DNA of 58,645 nt from Clostridia bacterium (GTDB lineage: Bacteria; Bacillota; Clostridia; Oscillospirales; CAG-272), in contig JAFTQV010000002.1 of assembly GCA_017462605.1 (NCBI GenBank), positions 1 through 58,645 on the forward strand, written 5' to 3'. Below are positions 27,186-40,636 of the stretch, piece by piece. The position numbers and the translations under genes were made by a program. The notes under the pieces were generated by a model. The model did not search any database and was not told the DNA's origin. It worked only from the letters and a program-made list of their open reading frames with translations. The stretch's first letter is position 1. The number at the start of each line of letters is the position of its first letter.

Positions 27186-28079
27186 ATGAGAAAAAAGAAT
27201 AGTGGTCTTGGAAGAGGCCTTGATGCCATATTTCTTGATAATTCACTCGAGGATAAGCAAAATAGCGGTGAAAATGTCATAACAATGCTAAAACTTGTAA
27301 TGATCGATCCCAAAATCGATCAGCCAAGAAAATATTTTGATCCCGAAGCTCTTGAAGAGCTTTCCGACTCTATAAAGCAAAATGGTTTGCTTCAGCCTAT
27401 TCTTGTTCGTGAATACGGAGACGGAAGATATCAGATCATAGCCGGTGAAAGAAGATTCAGAGCCTCAAAACTCGCAGGACTTGAAGAAATACCCACTATA
27501 ATTCTTGATAGCGACGATAAAAAGGTCGCAGAGCTTTCTTTGATAGAAAATATTCAGAGAGAAGACCTTAACCCCATAGAAGAAGCTATGGCGTTTAAAG
27601 CTCTCGCAGATGAATACGGACTTACTCAGGAGGAATTGTCGCAAAAGGTTGGAAAAAGCAGAAGCGCGATAGCAAATTCGACGCGACTTCTTGATCTTCC
27701 TGATGAAGTTCTCGAAATGGTCGCCAACGGTGATATATCCGCAGGTCACGGCAGAACACTTCTCGGTCTTAAAGAAAGAGAAAATATGCTTATTCTTGCG
27801 AATAAAGTCGTTGAATTTGATCTTTCAGTACGTCAGCTCGAAGAAGAAGTCAAAAGAATTAACAAAATCAGGCCTGATCATCTCGAAAAAGCTGTTACTC
27901 CCCCTGAAATGGTTGATTACACAAGAGAGCTTGAATTAAGAGTACAGACTCATCTTGGAAGAGTATGTAAGATCAACGAAAAGGGAAGAAAAAAATCAGT
28001 TACATTATTTTATGAAGACAACGAGGATCTTGACGAGCTTCTTAAAACTATCTGCGGAAGCGGATTTGTTGAAGAATAA
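27186..28079 (+). CDS. parB: Chromosome partitioning protein ParB/Spo0J
   Basis: GLGRGLDA, QPRK.F, GERRFRA, ENIQREDL, HTH GKSRSAIAN. Confidence 0.96.
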   Translation: MRKKNSGLGRGLDAIFLDNSLEDKQNSGENVITMLKLVMIDPKIDQPRKYFDPEALEELSDSIKQNGLLQPILVREYGDGRYQIIAGERRFRASKLAGLEEIPTIILDSDDKKVAELSLIENIQREDLNPIEEAMAFKALADEYGLTQEELSQKVGKSRSAIANSTRLLDLPDEVLEMVANGDISAGHGRTLLGLKERENMLILANKVVEFDLSVRQLEEEVKRINKIRPDHLEKAVTPPEMVDYTRELELRVQTHLGRVCKINEKGRKKSVTLFYEDNEDLDELLKTICGSGFVEE

Positions 28080-28114
28080 GTTTATTTTACCATATTTTAC
28101 CAATTGGAGTATAT

Positions 28115-28747
28115 ATGAATTTCTTCAGAAAAATATATAATGATTATTTTTGCGTAAACCTCAAGGATTATGACAAAATAGGAATTGATCTTGAGATCAA
28201 TAAAATCCTTCTTTTTCTCTTTTTAGGTCTTATTGCAGCTACTGTATTTATCAGTATAAGGAGCGCAAACACCTCGCTTCTTTTGAAAAAGCTATTGCGT
28301 TCAGATGCATTTTCGGAAGAAAAGGCTAAAAAGTTATCCGAGCTTGGTCTTTCCGATAATAGAGCTGTTAAATCGCTTTTATCTAAGGGAAGCGGTCCTA
28401 TTGATAAGATAATACGCTTTGTCGGTTACCAAAAGCCTACGTATGAGGAATACATAGAGTATCAAAATCAGCAAAAGAAGGCAAAATATAAGCCTAATAG
28501 CGGCGAAAAAGATGATAAAAAGTCTATTACGGACGAAAGTACCTATCACATATCGATATCTCCCGATCTCTCTTCGGTTTCTATCTATATCGATCCGGAA
28601 AAGAAGGACTATGCAGAGAGGATCTATAAGATCAATTCTACTTCTATCACAAAAACCGTTCTCTCATGCTTAGCTATCCTTGCGTTTTATCTTCTGATAT
28701 TCTTCCTTATGCCGGGAATTTTATCGCTTATTAACGGTATTTTGTAA
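28115..28747 (+). CDS. Hypothetical membrane protein
   Basis: 210 aa, GGAG RBS, N- and C-terminal TM helices. Confidence 0.75.
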   Translation: MNFFRKIYNDYFCVNLKDYDKIGIDLEINKILLFLFLGLIAATVFISIRSANTSLLLKKLLRSDAFSEEKAKKLSELGLSDNRAVKSLLSKGSGPIDKIIRFVGYQKPTYEEYIEYQNQQKKAKYKPNSGEKDDKKSITDESTYHISISPDLSSVSIYIDPEKKDYAERIYKINSTSITKTVLSCLAILAFYLLIFFLMPGILSLINGIL

Positions 28748-28805
28748 TAAATATAAATACGCATATATAAGGGGCTGCTTCATTTGAGGCTGCAACAAAT
28801 AAAAA

Positions 28806-28884
28806 AACAGAGGTATTGTTTTATGAAGTGAACCCAAAAGTTAGACACTTTTTTGGGGGCATATCATTACGCAGTACCTCTGTT
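28806..28884. terminator. Bidirectional terminator stem with an inserted mini-IS in its loop
   Basis: aacagaggtattg (28806-18) / cagtacctctgtt (28872-84) between convergent genes. Confidence 0.6.
28824..28866. mobile_element. 43-bp IS3-family-like end-to-end remnant
   Basis: TGAAGTGAACCCAAAAGTTAGACAC-TTTTTTGGGGGCATATCA, TG...CA termini, flanked by a TTA duplication. Confidence 0.6.
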
Positions 28885-28998
28885 ATATTTATTGCTATCA
28901 TTAAGTAATTAAGATTGAAAACTGATTGTATTCTCCATTTTTTATTGTGTTTATGCTTGAATAACTCATTTTTGGCTTAAATAATAATTGATTCTTTA

Positions 28999-29781
28999 TT
29001 ATTTCTTTTCTGCAGCCAAAGCAATTATATACGTTCTTTTTCTGATTTTTTCAGCAAAAAATATATATCCATATTTTTCCATTATATCTTTTATCCTGCT
29101 AATCAAAGAAAAGCCGCCGCCATCGCACTTTAAAAGAGCTTCAAGCGCGCACCAATCAGAAAGAGCAGGGAAGCGCATTTCTTCAGGCTCGGCTGCTTTT
29201 TCATCATTGTTTTTCTCTTCAGTATTGATATCACAGAATATATCTTCAGGAGCAGCCTTCAGGATCTCGCCTTCCTTCAATGTATAAAGCTCGATCGATA
29301 ATTCTTTATCATTGATATTCGAAGGATTTTCTCTGTTTATCGATGCTTTCTTAAGATATCTATCATAAAATTTAGATGCTCTCTCTTCATTCTTTTCGGT
29401 CATCAGCTCGGCATCAATTCCGACTTTTTTTGCCTTTTCAAATGATATAGCTATTGCCGTCAGTCCTTCCGTATGAGAAAGAGATATATCGATATCTATA
29501 TCCTTAATATACGGTCTTCCAAAGCTATCAAACAGTATTTCAAGCTTAAAATTATCCGAAAAATATCTTTTTCCCGATATTCTGCAAAGCTTGATCTTTT
29601 CTTTTTCTATGATACTTTCCAAAAATAAATAGCTGATAGACCTATCTTTTTTCAGTTTTTCATCCTTTGTTGCTTCAATTTTATTCAAAACCGAAGGAGA
29701 AAGAGCAAAAAGCTCCTTCTCCCATTTTTTAAAGCTTAATGAATCAACGTTTTCAGTATCCAATAAATAAAGCTTGATCAT
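28999..29781 (-). CDS. 4'-phosphopantetheinyl transferase superfamily protein (Sfp-like)
   Basis: GRPY, ISLSHT, VGIDAE, W.ALEALLK.DG.G motifs. Confidence 0.8.
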   Translation of the reverse strand: MIKLYLLDTENVDSLSFKKWEKELFALSPSVLNKIEATKDEKLKKDRSISYLFLESIIEKEKIKLCRISGKRYFSDNFKLEILFDSFGRPYIKDIDIDISLSHTEGLTAIAISFEKAKKVGIDAELMTEKNEERASKFYDRYLKKASINRENPSNINDKELSIELYTLKEGEILKAAPEDIFCDINTEEKNNDEKAAEPEEMRFPALSDWCALEALLKCDGGGFSLISRIKDIMEKYGYIFFAEKIRKRTYIIALAAEKK

Positions 29782-29783
29782 AT

Positions 29784-31808
29784 TTAAACTTCCATAAGAA
29801 TAGGCAGTATCATAGGTCTGCGCTTTGTTTCTTTATATATAAATTTTGCAACGTCGTCTCTTATAGAATTCTTTATCTGCATCATATCTCTTATGCCCCG
29901 ATCGAGCATCTTTTCAAGAGCAGTGTTTGCAACGGCCCTCGTCTTATCAACAAGATCACCCGATTCCTTAACGTAAACAAAGCCTCTTGAAACGATATCG
30001 GGACCCGAGAATATTAGTCTTTCGCTGATATTTATTGAGGCAACGACTACGACAAGTCCATCCTCGGAGAGATGCTTTCTATCGCGAAGGACAACGCTGC
30101 CGATATCACCAACACCCGAGCCGTCAACGAGAATTTTACCCGCGGTAACCGTTCCTGCAAATTTGCAGCTCTTTTTATCAAGCTCGAGGACCTTACCGAT
30201 ATCCGATATAAATATATTTTCTGCGGGTATTCCCATAAACTCCGCGATTTCTTTATTGGCGTAAAGATGTCTTTCCTCGCCGTGGATTGGCATAAAGAAC
30301 TTAGGCTTAAGAAGAGCCATAAGAAGCTTTAATTCTTCCTTGCAGGCGTGACCCGAGACGTGAACGTCCTCAACAGAGTCATTGACGACCTTGACTCCAT
30401 TTTTGATCAATGCGTTTACTATCTTTCCGACAAGCTTTTCATTACCCGGTATTGCGCTTGATGAGAGAACCACAATATCATTCGAGGTGAGCTTTACTCT
30501 GTCGTGCTCAGAAAATGCAATTCTGTAAAGAGCTGACATAGGCTCGCCCTGGCTTCCTGTGGTTATCAGAGTTATCTCTCCGGGAGAGTAGTTTTTCATC
30601 TGTGAGACGTCAATAAGAACGTCATCGGGCAGATCGATATATCCAAGCTCCACTGCTGCGCCGAGAATATTTACCATGCTTCTTCCAAGCACCGCAACCT
30701 TCCTTGAATATTTTGCGCTTGCATTTATGATCTGCTGAACTCTGTGAACGTTTGATGAGAAGGTAGCTATGATAAGCCTCTTTCCCTGCGCCTGCATGAA
30801 TATTCTTTCAAGAGAACCGCCAACGGTTCTTTCAGACGGCGTAAATCCGCTTCTCTCCGCATTTGTGGATTCGCAGAGCATAAGCGCAACGCCTTCGTTT
30901 CCTATCTCTCCTATTCTTACGAGATCCATCATTCTTCCGTCAATAGGCGAGACGTCAAGCTTGAAATCTCCCGTATGGAAAACGTTGCCGACAGGGGTCT
31001 TAAGAAGTATTGCGCATGCATCGGCGATAGAGTGATTAACGTGTATAAACTCAGCTTTGAAAACGCCGAGCGATACGGTATCGCCCGCTTCAACCGTGTA
31101 AAGCCTCGGCTCAAAGGGCGGGGGATTTTCGTCAAGCTTGCCCTCAATTATTCCAAGTGAAAGACGGGTGCCGTATACGGGTACATCTATTGCTGAAAGA
31201 AGATATGAAACTGCGCCTATATGATCCTCGTGACCGTGAGTTATAAGAAGAGCCTTTACCTTATGCGCATTCTGTATAAGATAAGTAAAATCGGGGATAA
31301 CAAGATCCACTCCTGGCATATCCTCATCAGGGAAGGCAAGACCGGCATCAATGATAACTATATCATCTCCATATTCGAAAGCGGTAATGTTTTTACCTAT
31401 CTCTCCAAGTCCGCCAAGAGGTATTACCTTGAGCTTTTTATCTCTTGAATTACCTCTCTTTTGAGAAGTTTTCTTTTCATTTTCGGCATTTTTCTTAGAC
31501 ATTGATATGCCTTCAGAAATTTCGTCCATAAAAATCTGCGCTCGGTCTCCGCTCTTGAATTTTCCGCCGCTCTTAACCTTTTTATTTGTGATTTTCTGAG
31601 GCTTTACTTTCTTTTCCGCTTCAATATGCATAGGCTTATTCTGCCTCATTTTTTTATTTTTAGGTCTTGCTGTCTTTATCTCTTTAGTCTCTTTGACCTC
31701 TAAAGCCTTTTTAGTTTCCACAGCATCAGGCTGCATCTTTTTCGTCTTTTCCTTTTTTGGCTTTTTAAGGCCGCGTTCTCCTTTAATATATGTTTTATTG
31801 TTTTTCAT
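29784..31808 (-). CDS. rnj: Ribonuclease J with a Lys-rich N-terminal extension
   Basis: PLGGLGEIGKN, THGHEDHIG, HTGDFK, HVSGHA, MPIHGE, RRPMILP. Confidence 0.95.
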   Translation of the reverse strand: MKNNKTYIKGERGLKKPKKEKTKKMQPDAVETKKALEVKETKEIKTARPKNKKMRQNKPMHIEAEKKVKPQKITNKKVKSGGKFKSGDRAQIFMDEISEGISMSKKNAENEKKTSQKRGNSRDKKLKVIPLGGLGEIGKNITAFEYGDDIVIIDAGLAFPDEDMPGVDLVIPDFTYLIQNAHKVKALLITHGHEDHIGAVSYLLSAIDVPVYGTRLSLGIIEGKLDENPPPFEPRLYTVEAGDTVSLGVFKAEFIHVNHSIADACAILLKTPVGNVFHTGDFKLDVSPIDGRMMDLVRIGEIGNEGVALMLCESTNAERSGFTPSERTVGGSLERIFMQAQGKRLIIATFSSNVHRVQQIINASAKYSRKVAVLGRSMVNILGAAVELGYIDLPDDVLIDVSQMKNYSPGEITLITTGSQGEPMSALYRIAFSEHDRVKLTSNDIVVLSSSAIPGNEKLVGKIVNALIKNGVKVVNDSVEDVHVSGHACKEELKLLMALLKPKFFMPIHGEERHLYANKEIAEFMGIPAENIFISDIGKVLELDKKSCKFAGTVTAGKILVDGSGVGDIGSVVLRDRKHLSEDGLVVVVASINISERLIFSGPDIVSRGFVYVKESGDLVDKTRAVANTALEKMLDRGIRDMMQIKNSIRDDVAKFIYKETKRRPMILPILMEV

Positions 31809-31848
31809 TATATGTCCTTATTCTGCGCCGTTTGGCGCTAATTTTCAT

Positions 31849-32121
31849 TTAAAAATAATTTATTATATACACCGTAGCGCTGACTATTACGGCGCTTAAA
31901 AATCCGAGGGCGTATATCAGCTTACCCTTATTTCTTTCAAAAAAACCTTTACTTAAGCATTTGTGAGAATGCTCCTCAACTATACGGTTAGCTTCCTTAA
32001 CAAGATCAGCTTCAACTACGTCCCCTATCCTGCCGTCCTCTTTAATAATAAAATATGCTTCCTCGAAAAGCGAGCTTCCCGTATCCTTTAAATATACTAC
32101 CTTTTTCTGATAACCGCGCAT
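31849..32121 (-). CDS. Hypothetical protein with a C-terminal TM helix
   Basis: Start MRGYQKK after a GGGAGA RBS; about 90 aa. Confidence 0.7.
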   Translation of the reverse strand: MRGYQKKVVYLKDTGSSLFEEAYFIIKEDGRIGDVVEADLVKEANRIVEEHSHKCLSKGFFERNKGKLIYALGFLSAVIVSATVYIINYF

Positions 32122-32355
32122 AATTCTCCCCAAATCCAAACCTATATTTCAGATATTTAATTATTGTCCGCGCGTATTATTTTTATTCGTTATATTTTTT
32201 ATAATTTTTTGGGGCGGAAGACTGACTAAAATTTCGCCACGCTGATCCGCCCCCATTTTTGTCTCTTTTCGGGCAAAATTCACGAGTTTACACCTGAAAA
32301 TGCAAATGAACAGAATTCACCCTTGTTACGTAAAATGCTTCTTAAAAAAGAAAAT

Positions 32356-32610
32356 TTAAGCGTTTTCCTTCTTAGCTCTTCTTTTTCTCTTCTTTTCGGG
32401 AAGCTCTACGTCGAAGGTATCGTCAAGAAGATCGTCAATGGAGATACCGAAGAGAAGCTTGATCTCACGAAGCTTTGCAACTTCAGGATAAGACTGACCG
32501 GACTCCCACTTATAAACTGCCTGGCGGGATACACCTACTGCCATTGCAAATTCGTCCTGAGTAAGCTTTTTGATTTTTCTGAGTCTTACGAGTTTTTCCT
32601 TGAACGTCAT
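32356..32610 (-). CDS. XRE-family HTH transcriptional regulator
   Basis: LTQDEFA..VGVSRQAVYKWESG.SYP. Confidence 0.88.
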   Translation of the reverse strand: MTFKEKLVRLRKIKKLTQDEFAMAVGVSRQAVYKWESGQSYPEVAKLREIKLLFGISIDDLLDDTFDVELPEKKRKRRAKKENA

Positions 32611-32634
32611 TTTTTCGTCCTCACTTTATTTAAT

Positions 32635-33315
32635 TTATTTATTTTCCAGATCGTCGTACGCTGATCGATCAAAGTACGTAGTATACGTGGGAGAATTTAT
32701 TCTCCATCCGTCACTCTCTTCAATAAGAGAGACCTCTAAGGTTTTATTCTGAACCTTTCCTTCATCATTTGTAACCTTTACGCCGATAGTAACGAAGACC
32801 TCTTCGCCCTTTGAATGAGTTACCTTTATGGAATTATAGTCATATTCAAGCTTATCTTTTAAGAATATATCAGCATCCTTATTTACCATTATAACGTCCG
32901 TATCCGCCGTATCCTGATAATATCTGACAAGAGATATGGGAGTTCCGTTTTCATCCATGATGGATGAAAGCTTCGTTCTTATTATAAGCTCGGAATATTC
33001 AAAGCTGAAGCATTCTCTTGTGAGAGTCTTCATCTCATCAACACTTTTTATTCCAAAATCCAGAACGGATATATAATCAGCCTCGTAATATACTCCGTTG
33101 AATTTAGTGCTTGAAAGATCCGGCGCAATGCCGTATCCATAAAAAAGCTCGTTTAGTAAAACCGATTTTGGGATAAGCTCTTTTGCGACCTCTAAAACCT
33201 TATTTTCATCATACTCTCTGTTTTTCTCCGCGCAGCTTACACAGATAAAAACATTAAATATGACTACTAATATTAGCAAAAACGAAGATATTTTCTTATT
33301 CATCATCTTCATCAT
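32635..33315 (-). CDS. Hypothetical lipoprotein
   Basis: Hydrophobic signal with VSC lipobox; C-terminal NTF2-like [13 protein letters not shown]. Start uncertain among several Met codons. Confidence 0.75.
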   Translation of the reverse strand: MMKMMNKKISSFLLILVVIFNVFICVSCAEKNREYDENKVLEVAKELIPKSVLLNELFYGYGIAPDLSSTKFNGVYYEADYISVLDFGIKSVDEMKTLTRECFSFEYSELIIRTKLSSIMDENGTPISLVRYYQDTADTDVIMVNKDADIFLKDKLEYDYNSIKVTHSKGEEVFVTIGVKVTNDEGKVQNKTLEVSLIEESDGWRINSPTYTTYFDRSAYDDLENK

Positions 33316-35848
33316 CGGAAGGCTTAGGAACTATGGGAGTCTCAGCAATTATCTTACTGTTCTCCTCATCTATCTTATTACCCTCTTCCTCTATCTCCTC
33401 AATCTTATCAAGTCTTGAAAGAGTGATTATCTTATTATCAGAAGATGTTCTCATTACTATTACGCCGCCCGCAGTTCTCGAATAAACGTTGATATCAGAG
33501 ACGGACATTCTAATAATTGTACCCTTATCCGTAATAAGCATTACGTCATCATCATCGGCGACAGTCTGGATAGCGGCAAGCTTTCCGCTCTTTTCGGTAA
33601 GCTTATGGCAAGCAACGCCTCTTCCGCCTCTGTGCTTCATCTCGCGGAACTCATCGAAGTAGCTGCGCTTACCCATACCGTTTTCGGTAACGGTAAGAAG
33701 AGTCTTTGTATCGTCAACGATCGCAACTCCGATAACGTAATCGTCCTCGCCGAGCGTTATACCCTTAACACCTCTTGCAGTTCTGCCCATACCTCTTACG
33801 TTGCTTTCCTCAAATCTGACGGCAAGCGCGTTTCTCGTTGCAATCATTATGCTCTGATCGCCGAGAGTATGGCGAACAAAGATAAGCTCATCGCCCTCGT
33901 CAAGATTGATCGCGATCTTTCCTCCGCGGCGCTGATACTCAAACTCGCGAAGAAGAGTCTTCTTGATAACGCCGTTTCTCGTTACCATGGTAAGATACTC
34001 GTTATCGTTAAACTCAGAGATACTTATCATAGAGGTAACCTTTTCGCCCTCGCCAAGCTCTATGATGTTGACAAGATTCGTACCCTTTGCGGTCCTTCCT
34101 GCCTCGGGAATACGGTAAGCCTTCTTACAGTAAACACGTCCCTTATTGGTAAAGAACATAATGTGCGCGTGAGATGAGGTGACAAGAACCTTTTCAACAA
34201 AGTCCTCTTCCTTCGTGCTCATACCTATTATACCCTTACCGCCTCTGTTCTGTGAAACGTAGGTATCTGCCCTCTGGCGCTTTATGTAGCCTGTGTGGCT
34301 CATAGTAAGAATGCAGGTGTGCCTTTCAATAAGATCCTCAAGATCTATTTCCTCGGTCGCTTCAACTATTTCGGTCCTTCTCTTATCGCCGAATTTGTTT
34401 GCTGCCTCGGTAAGCTCGCCCTTAAGTATTTCTCTTATCTTCATTCTATCGGCAAGAATAGCGGTAAGCTCGTCGATAGTAACGGTAAGCTTTGCGATCC
34501 TATCCTCAACCTTCTGCCTTTCAAGTCCGGAAAGCTTTCCGAGAGTCATCTCAACTATAGCCTGAGCCTGAACGTCCGAAAGACCGAATCTTTCAATAAG
34601 TCTTTCCTTAGCATTGGGAATAGATTCGCTGCCCTTGATAATTGCTATTACCTCGTCAATATTATCGGTAGCTGTTCTGTATCCTTCAAGAATATGAACC
34701 TCACGAAGAGCCTTATCAAGATCGTATTCGCATCTCTTTCTGATGACCGATTCCTGGAATTCGATATAGTGATCAAGTATTTCGGGAAGAGAAAGAGTTT
34801 TCGGCTCGCCGTTTACTATAACGAGCATATTGATAGAGCAGGTATCCTGAAGCTGAGTATATTTATAAAGCTGATTGAGAATGACCTCTCCGTTAGCGTC
34901 CTTTTTATATTCAACGACTATTCTCATACCGCCTCTGCCCGATTCATCGCGAAGCGCGGTTATGCCCTCTATTCTTTTTTCCTTAACGAGGTTTGCCATG
35001 CTCTCTATAAGCATAGCCTTATTTACCATATAGGGGATCTCGGTAAATATGATCCTCTTCTTATCGTCCTCAACGGTGGCTCTCGCTCTTACGTATACTC
35101 TGCCTTTACCCGTCTCGTATGCTTCTCTTATTCCCCTCGTTCCGTATATCACAGCGGCGGTAGGGAAGTCAGGTCCCTTTATATGCTCCATAAGCTCGTC
35201 TACCGAGCATTCGGGGTTATCTATTCTGTAAACGGTTCCGTCAATTACCTCTCTTAAATTGTGAGGGGGAATATTCGTTGCCATACCAACGGCGATACCA
35301 ACAGATCCGTTGACAAGAAGGTTCGGAAATCTTGAGGGAAGAGCAACAGGCTCGTCTCTTGTATTATCGAAGTTTCTCGTCATCGGAACGACCTTTTTCT
35401 CAATGTCGCTCATCATAAGATCGGCGATCTTACTCATTCTCGCCTCGGTATAACGGTATGCGGCAGCGCCGTCTCCGTCTACGTTACCGAAGTTACCGTG
35501 ACCTTCAACCAAGGGATAGCGGTAAGAGAAGCTCTGCGCCATTCTTACCATTGCCTGATAGACCGCGGCGTCTCCGTGCGGATGGTATCTACCAAGAACG
35601 TTACCTACCGTCGTTGCCGATTTACGGAATGGCTTATCATACGTCAGATGATCCTCGTACATTGCGTAAAGTATTCTTCTCTGACCGGGCTTCATTCCGT
35701 CTCTTACGTCGGGCAGGGCTCTTGAGGTAATAACGCTCATTGAATATTCGATAAACGAGCTTTTTACCTCTTTTTCCATATCTCGGATCTCAATTCTTTG
35801 ATTAGGAAATTCTATATCATTAGATTTATACTCGTGATTCATTTTCAA
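33296..35848 (-). CDS. gyrA: DNA gyrase subunit A
   Basis: [24 protein letters not shown], GyrA-box QNRGGKG, beta-pinwheel CTD. Confidence 0.97.
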   Translation of the reverse strand: MKMNHEYKSNDIEFPNQRIEIRDMEKEVKSSFIEYSMSVITSRALPDVRDGMKPGQRRILYAMYEDHLTYDKPFRKSATTVGNVLGRYHPHGDAAVYQAMVRMAQSFSYRYPLVEGHGNFGNVDGDGAAAYRYTEARMSKIADLMMSDIEKKVVPMTRNFDNTRDEPVALPSRFPNLLVNGSVGIAVGMATNIPPHNLREVIDGTVYRIDNPECSVDELMEHIKGPDFPTAAVIYGTRGIREAYETGKGRVYVRARATVEDDKKRIIFTEIPYMVNKAMLIESMANLVKEKRIEGITALRDESGRGGMRIVVEYKKDANGEVILNQLYKYTQLQDTCSINMLVIVNGEPKTLSLPEILDHYIEFQESVIRKRCEYDLDKALREVHILEGYRTATDNIDEVIAIIKGSESIPNAKERLIERFGLSDVQAQAIVEMTLGKLSGLERQKVEDRIAKLTVTIDELTAILADRMKIREILKGELTEAANKFGDKRRTEIVEATEEIDLEDLIERHTCILTMSHTGYIKRQRADTYVSQNRGGKGIIGMSTKEEDFVEKVLVTSSHAHIMFFTNKGRVYCKKAYRIPEAGRTAKGTNLVNIIELGEGEKVTSMISISEFNDNEYLTMVTRNGVIKKTLLREFEYQRRGGKIAINLDEGDELIFVRHTLGDQSIMIATRNALAVRFEESNVRGMGRTARGVKGITLGEDDYVIGVAIVDDTKTLLTVTENGMGKRSYFDEFREMKHRGGRGVACHKLTEKSGKLAAIQTVADDDDVMLITDKGTIIRMSVSDINVYSRTAGGVIVMRTSSDNKIITLSRLDKIEEIEEEGNKIDEENSKIIAETPIVPKPSDDEDDE

Positions 35849-35863
35849 AATTCCTTTTCTTCA

Positions 35864-38099
<2,236 letters not shown>

Positions 38100-38100
<1 letters not shown>

Positions 38101-39185
38101 TAAGAAAATCCTCCTCCGTCTACCTTAATGACCCTTCCGCCCGCCTTTATTTCTTCGCATGACGTTATTATTATCTGCTTATCCTTGATACCCGATAAAA
38201 CAAAGCTCTGCCTTTTTTCATCAAGCTCGGATAGCACGTCGTCAAAAAGAAATACGGGGTATTCGGAGAATATTTCGCGGCTTACCTCTCCCTCAGCCAT
38301 TTTCAAGGCTAAGACTATCGATCTTTGCTGACCCTGAGAAGCATAGGATCTTGAATCCATACCGTTGATCGAAATAACGATATCCTCTCTGTGCGGTCCG
38401 AAAAGAGTAGTACCGGCAAATCTTTCGCGCATAATGCTTTCAGAAAATATTTTTCTGTATTCTTCTCTGACAGCTTCTCTTTCGGATAGCTCCTCGGGAA
38501 TATCTGTCTGATATTTCATTTCAAGGCTCTCATTACCGCCCGAAATATCATTCATAAAGCCTTTTGCATAGACTTCAAGCTTTTTTATATAATCTTTTCT
38601 TTGAAGATAAATATAGGATGCGTATTCCGCAAGCAGCTCTGACCATGCCAAAAGCTCGTTTTCGTCGAAATATAAGCCCTTTGATGCATTTTTGAGCAGC
38701 GCATTTCTGTTTTCAAGAGCTTTTTTGTAGTTTGAATAGACAGAAATATACGAAGGATAGCACTGAGAGATCGCAACATTTAAAAATTCGCGCCTCATAT
38801 CGGGTCCGCCTTTAACGAGATCGAGATCGTCCGGGCAGAAGAGGACTGCCTTAAAGGAGCCTATCATCTCGCCTGCAGAGCGCACTCTGTACCCATTCTT
38901 TTTTCTGCGCCTTTCTCTTCCGAAAAAGGAGTATTCAAGAGTTCCTTCGCCGTCCTTGCTTTCGTATTCTATCGATATATAGAAGCCATCCTCGCCCATC
39001 CGAACAAGATCTTTATCGTCTCCGTGGCGAAAGGATCTTCCTCTTGCGAAAACGTATATTCCTTCTACCGCATTGGTTTTTCCTTGCGCGTTTTTGCCGA
39101 GAAGAACGTTTATTCCCTTATCAAAGAATATTTTAGAGGACTCAATGTTTCTGAAATTTTTAGCCGTAAAGCTTTTTATTATCAT
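38100..39185 (-). CDS. recF: DNA replication/repair protein RecF
   Basis: NFRN, GKNAQGKTN, GPHRED, SQGQQR, DDVLSELD. Confidence 0.96.
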
Positions 39186-40330
39186 CTTTCATTCATTCTT
39201 ACGGGAAGGATCATATAGAAGTAATTAAACTCCTCATCCTTCTCATAAGGCTCGATAGTTATCGCCTGAGTGGGGCTCTTCATCGAAAGAATGATCCTCT
39301 CGCCCTCGGAGACCTTAACGCTATTGATAAGATAACGGCAATTAAAGCCGATCTCAAGATCGGATCCCTCATGCTCGGCATCCATTTCATCGTATACCTT
39401 ACCGTTTACCGAAGAAGAGGTGAGTGAAAGGAAGTTATCCTCAGCCTTGATCTTAACGTAGCTCTTGCCGCTGCCCTGGATCTTCTCCTCGGCGATGATA
39501 TTGGCTCTCTCAAGTCCCGAGAGAAGTCTTTCGCGGTCAACCGTGACGAAAATATCGTTATCCTTGGGAATTATCCTATTGTAGTCTATAAATTCGGAGT
39601 CAATAGTTCTTGTAAAGAATACGATATCGCCGAGATCAACGATAGCGTGCTTTCTCGTGAGAGATATTCTTACCGTATCGTCGCTGTCGTCAACTATCTT
39701 CATCATTTCGGAAAGAGCGTGACCCGGAATAATCAGCGAATGTGAGTGAGACGAGCTTCCGAAGTAATCGATATCCGTGATTATCGAGCATTTTGAAAGA
39801 GTGTAGCTATCGCAGGAGACTACCTCAAGCTCGTTTTCATTAAACTTAAAGAATGCGCCTCTGAGCATAGGTCGGGTATCCTGCTCCGCGATAGAATGGA
39901 ATACCTTGCTTATCATCTTGCGAAGGACCGAGCCCTTAATTTCAAATCCCTGATCGAAGGTAAGCTCGGGAAGGGAAGGGAATTCCTCGCTATTCATAGC
40001 AAACATTGAGAAGGAAGCCTTTCCGCAGCTGATAGTGCAGCTGAGCTTATCGTTGATATCTATCGTTATCTCTCCTTCGGGAAGAACCTTCACCGTCTGG
40101 AAAAACCTCTGAGCATTGATGATAAATTTACCCTCTCTTTCGATATCGGTGGGGGTGAATACCGCTCTTACACCCTTATTCATATCGTAAGTAGAGAGTC
40201 TGACGTTGCCGTCTTCAAGAGTTTCTATAAGTACGCCTTCAATAGAGGTTATGGTATTTTTATTCGATACCGTTCCCATAGCAGGAACGAGCTTTGCCAT
40301 AAGATCCGATTTAAGAACTGTAAATTTCAT
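39182..40330 (-). CDS. dnaN: DNA polymerase III beta clamp
   Basis: True start MKFTVLKS at 40330 after GAGGA; IGFNCRYL and YMILPVR; the upstream ORF extension runs through oriC. Confidence 0.95.
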   Translation of the reverse strand: MKFTVLKSDLMAKLVPAMGTVSNKNTITSIEGVLIETLEDGNVRLSTYDMNKGVRAVFTPTDIEREGKFIINAQRFFQTVKVLPEGEITIDINDKLSCTISCGKASFSMFAMNSEEFPSLPELTFDQGFEIKGSVLRKMISKVFHSIAEQDTRPMLRGAFFKFNENELEVVSCDSYTLSKCSIITDIDYFGSSSHSHSLIIPGHALSEMMKIVDDSDDTVRISLTRKHAIVDLGDIVFFTRTIDSEFIDYNRIIPKDNDIFVTVDRERLLSGLERANIIAEEKIQGSGKSYVKIKAEDNFLSLTSSSVNGKVYDEMDAEHEGSDLEIGFNCRYLINSVKVSEGERIILSMKSPTQAITIEPYEKDEEFNYFYMILPVRMNER

Positions 40331-40404
40331 TTTTATATCCTCTTCTCTGTATAGTTTATCGTGGGCGCTTCCCCCTGCCTTATCGCTCTTTTTGAGCGAA
40401 GCGA

Positions 40405-40635
40405 GAGAAACATATTTATTTATTAACGGTAGGAGTAGTTGTAGTAGGGGCGGTGGAAAAGGTGGAAAACTACGAAAGTCCTTGAAGGTCAAGGGATTTT
40501 TGCCGATTTATTCCACTTTTTCCGAAGATTTTTTCGGTGCAAAAGTTTGATCCTTGAATTAAACCGATTTATAAACGGATATCAACGGCTTTTACACACG
40601 GTCTTTTGCACCTTTCCACATAAAAAAGTGGAAAA
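40405..40635. other. oriC: oriC unwinding region: AT tract, DnaA-trios, GC spacer, DnaA-box array
   Basis: TAG-GAG-TAG-TTG-TAG-TAG (40430-47), GGGC, tandem GGTGGAAAA x2 (40452-69); further boxes at 40509, 40536, 40590, 40604, 40612 and 40627. This is the B. subtilis-type basal unwinding layout. Confidence 0.88.
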
Positions 40636-40636
40636 C

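Noticed and set aside
28999-29781. PPTase as a marker of an NRPS/PKS cluster involving the giant ORFs
   Set aside because: The giant proteins have signal peptides and lack adenylation, condensation, ketosynthase or carrier motifs.
32210-32255. tRNA-like sequence (tggggcgga...tccgcccc)
   Set aside because: No T-loop or cloverleaf; only a 9-bp inverted repeat, possibly a terminator.
40331-40492. 54-aa N-terminal extension of DnaN
   Set aside because: It spans the DnaA-trios and boxes; the RBS and family alignment support the start at 40330.
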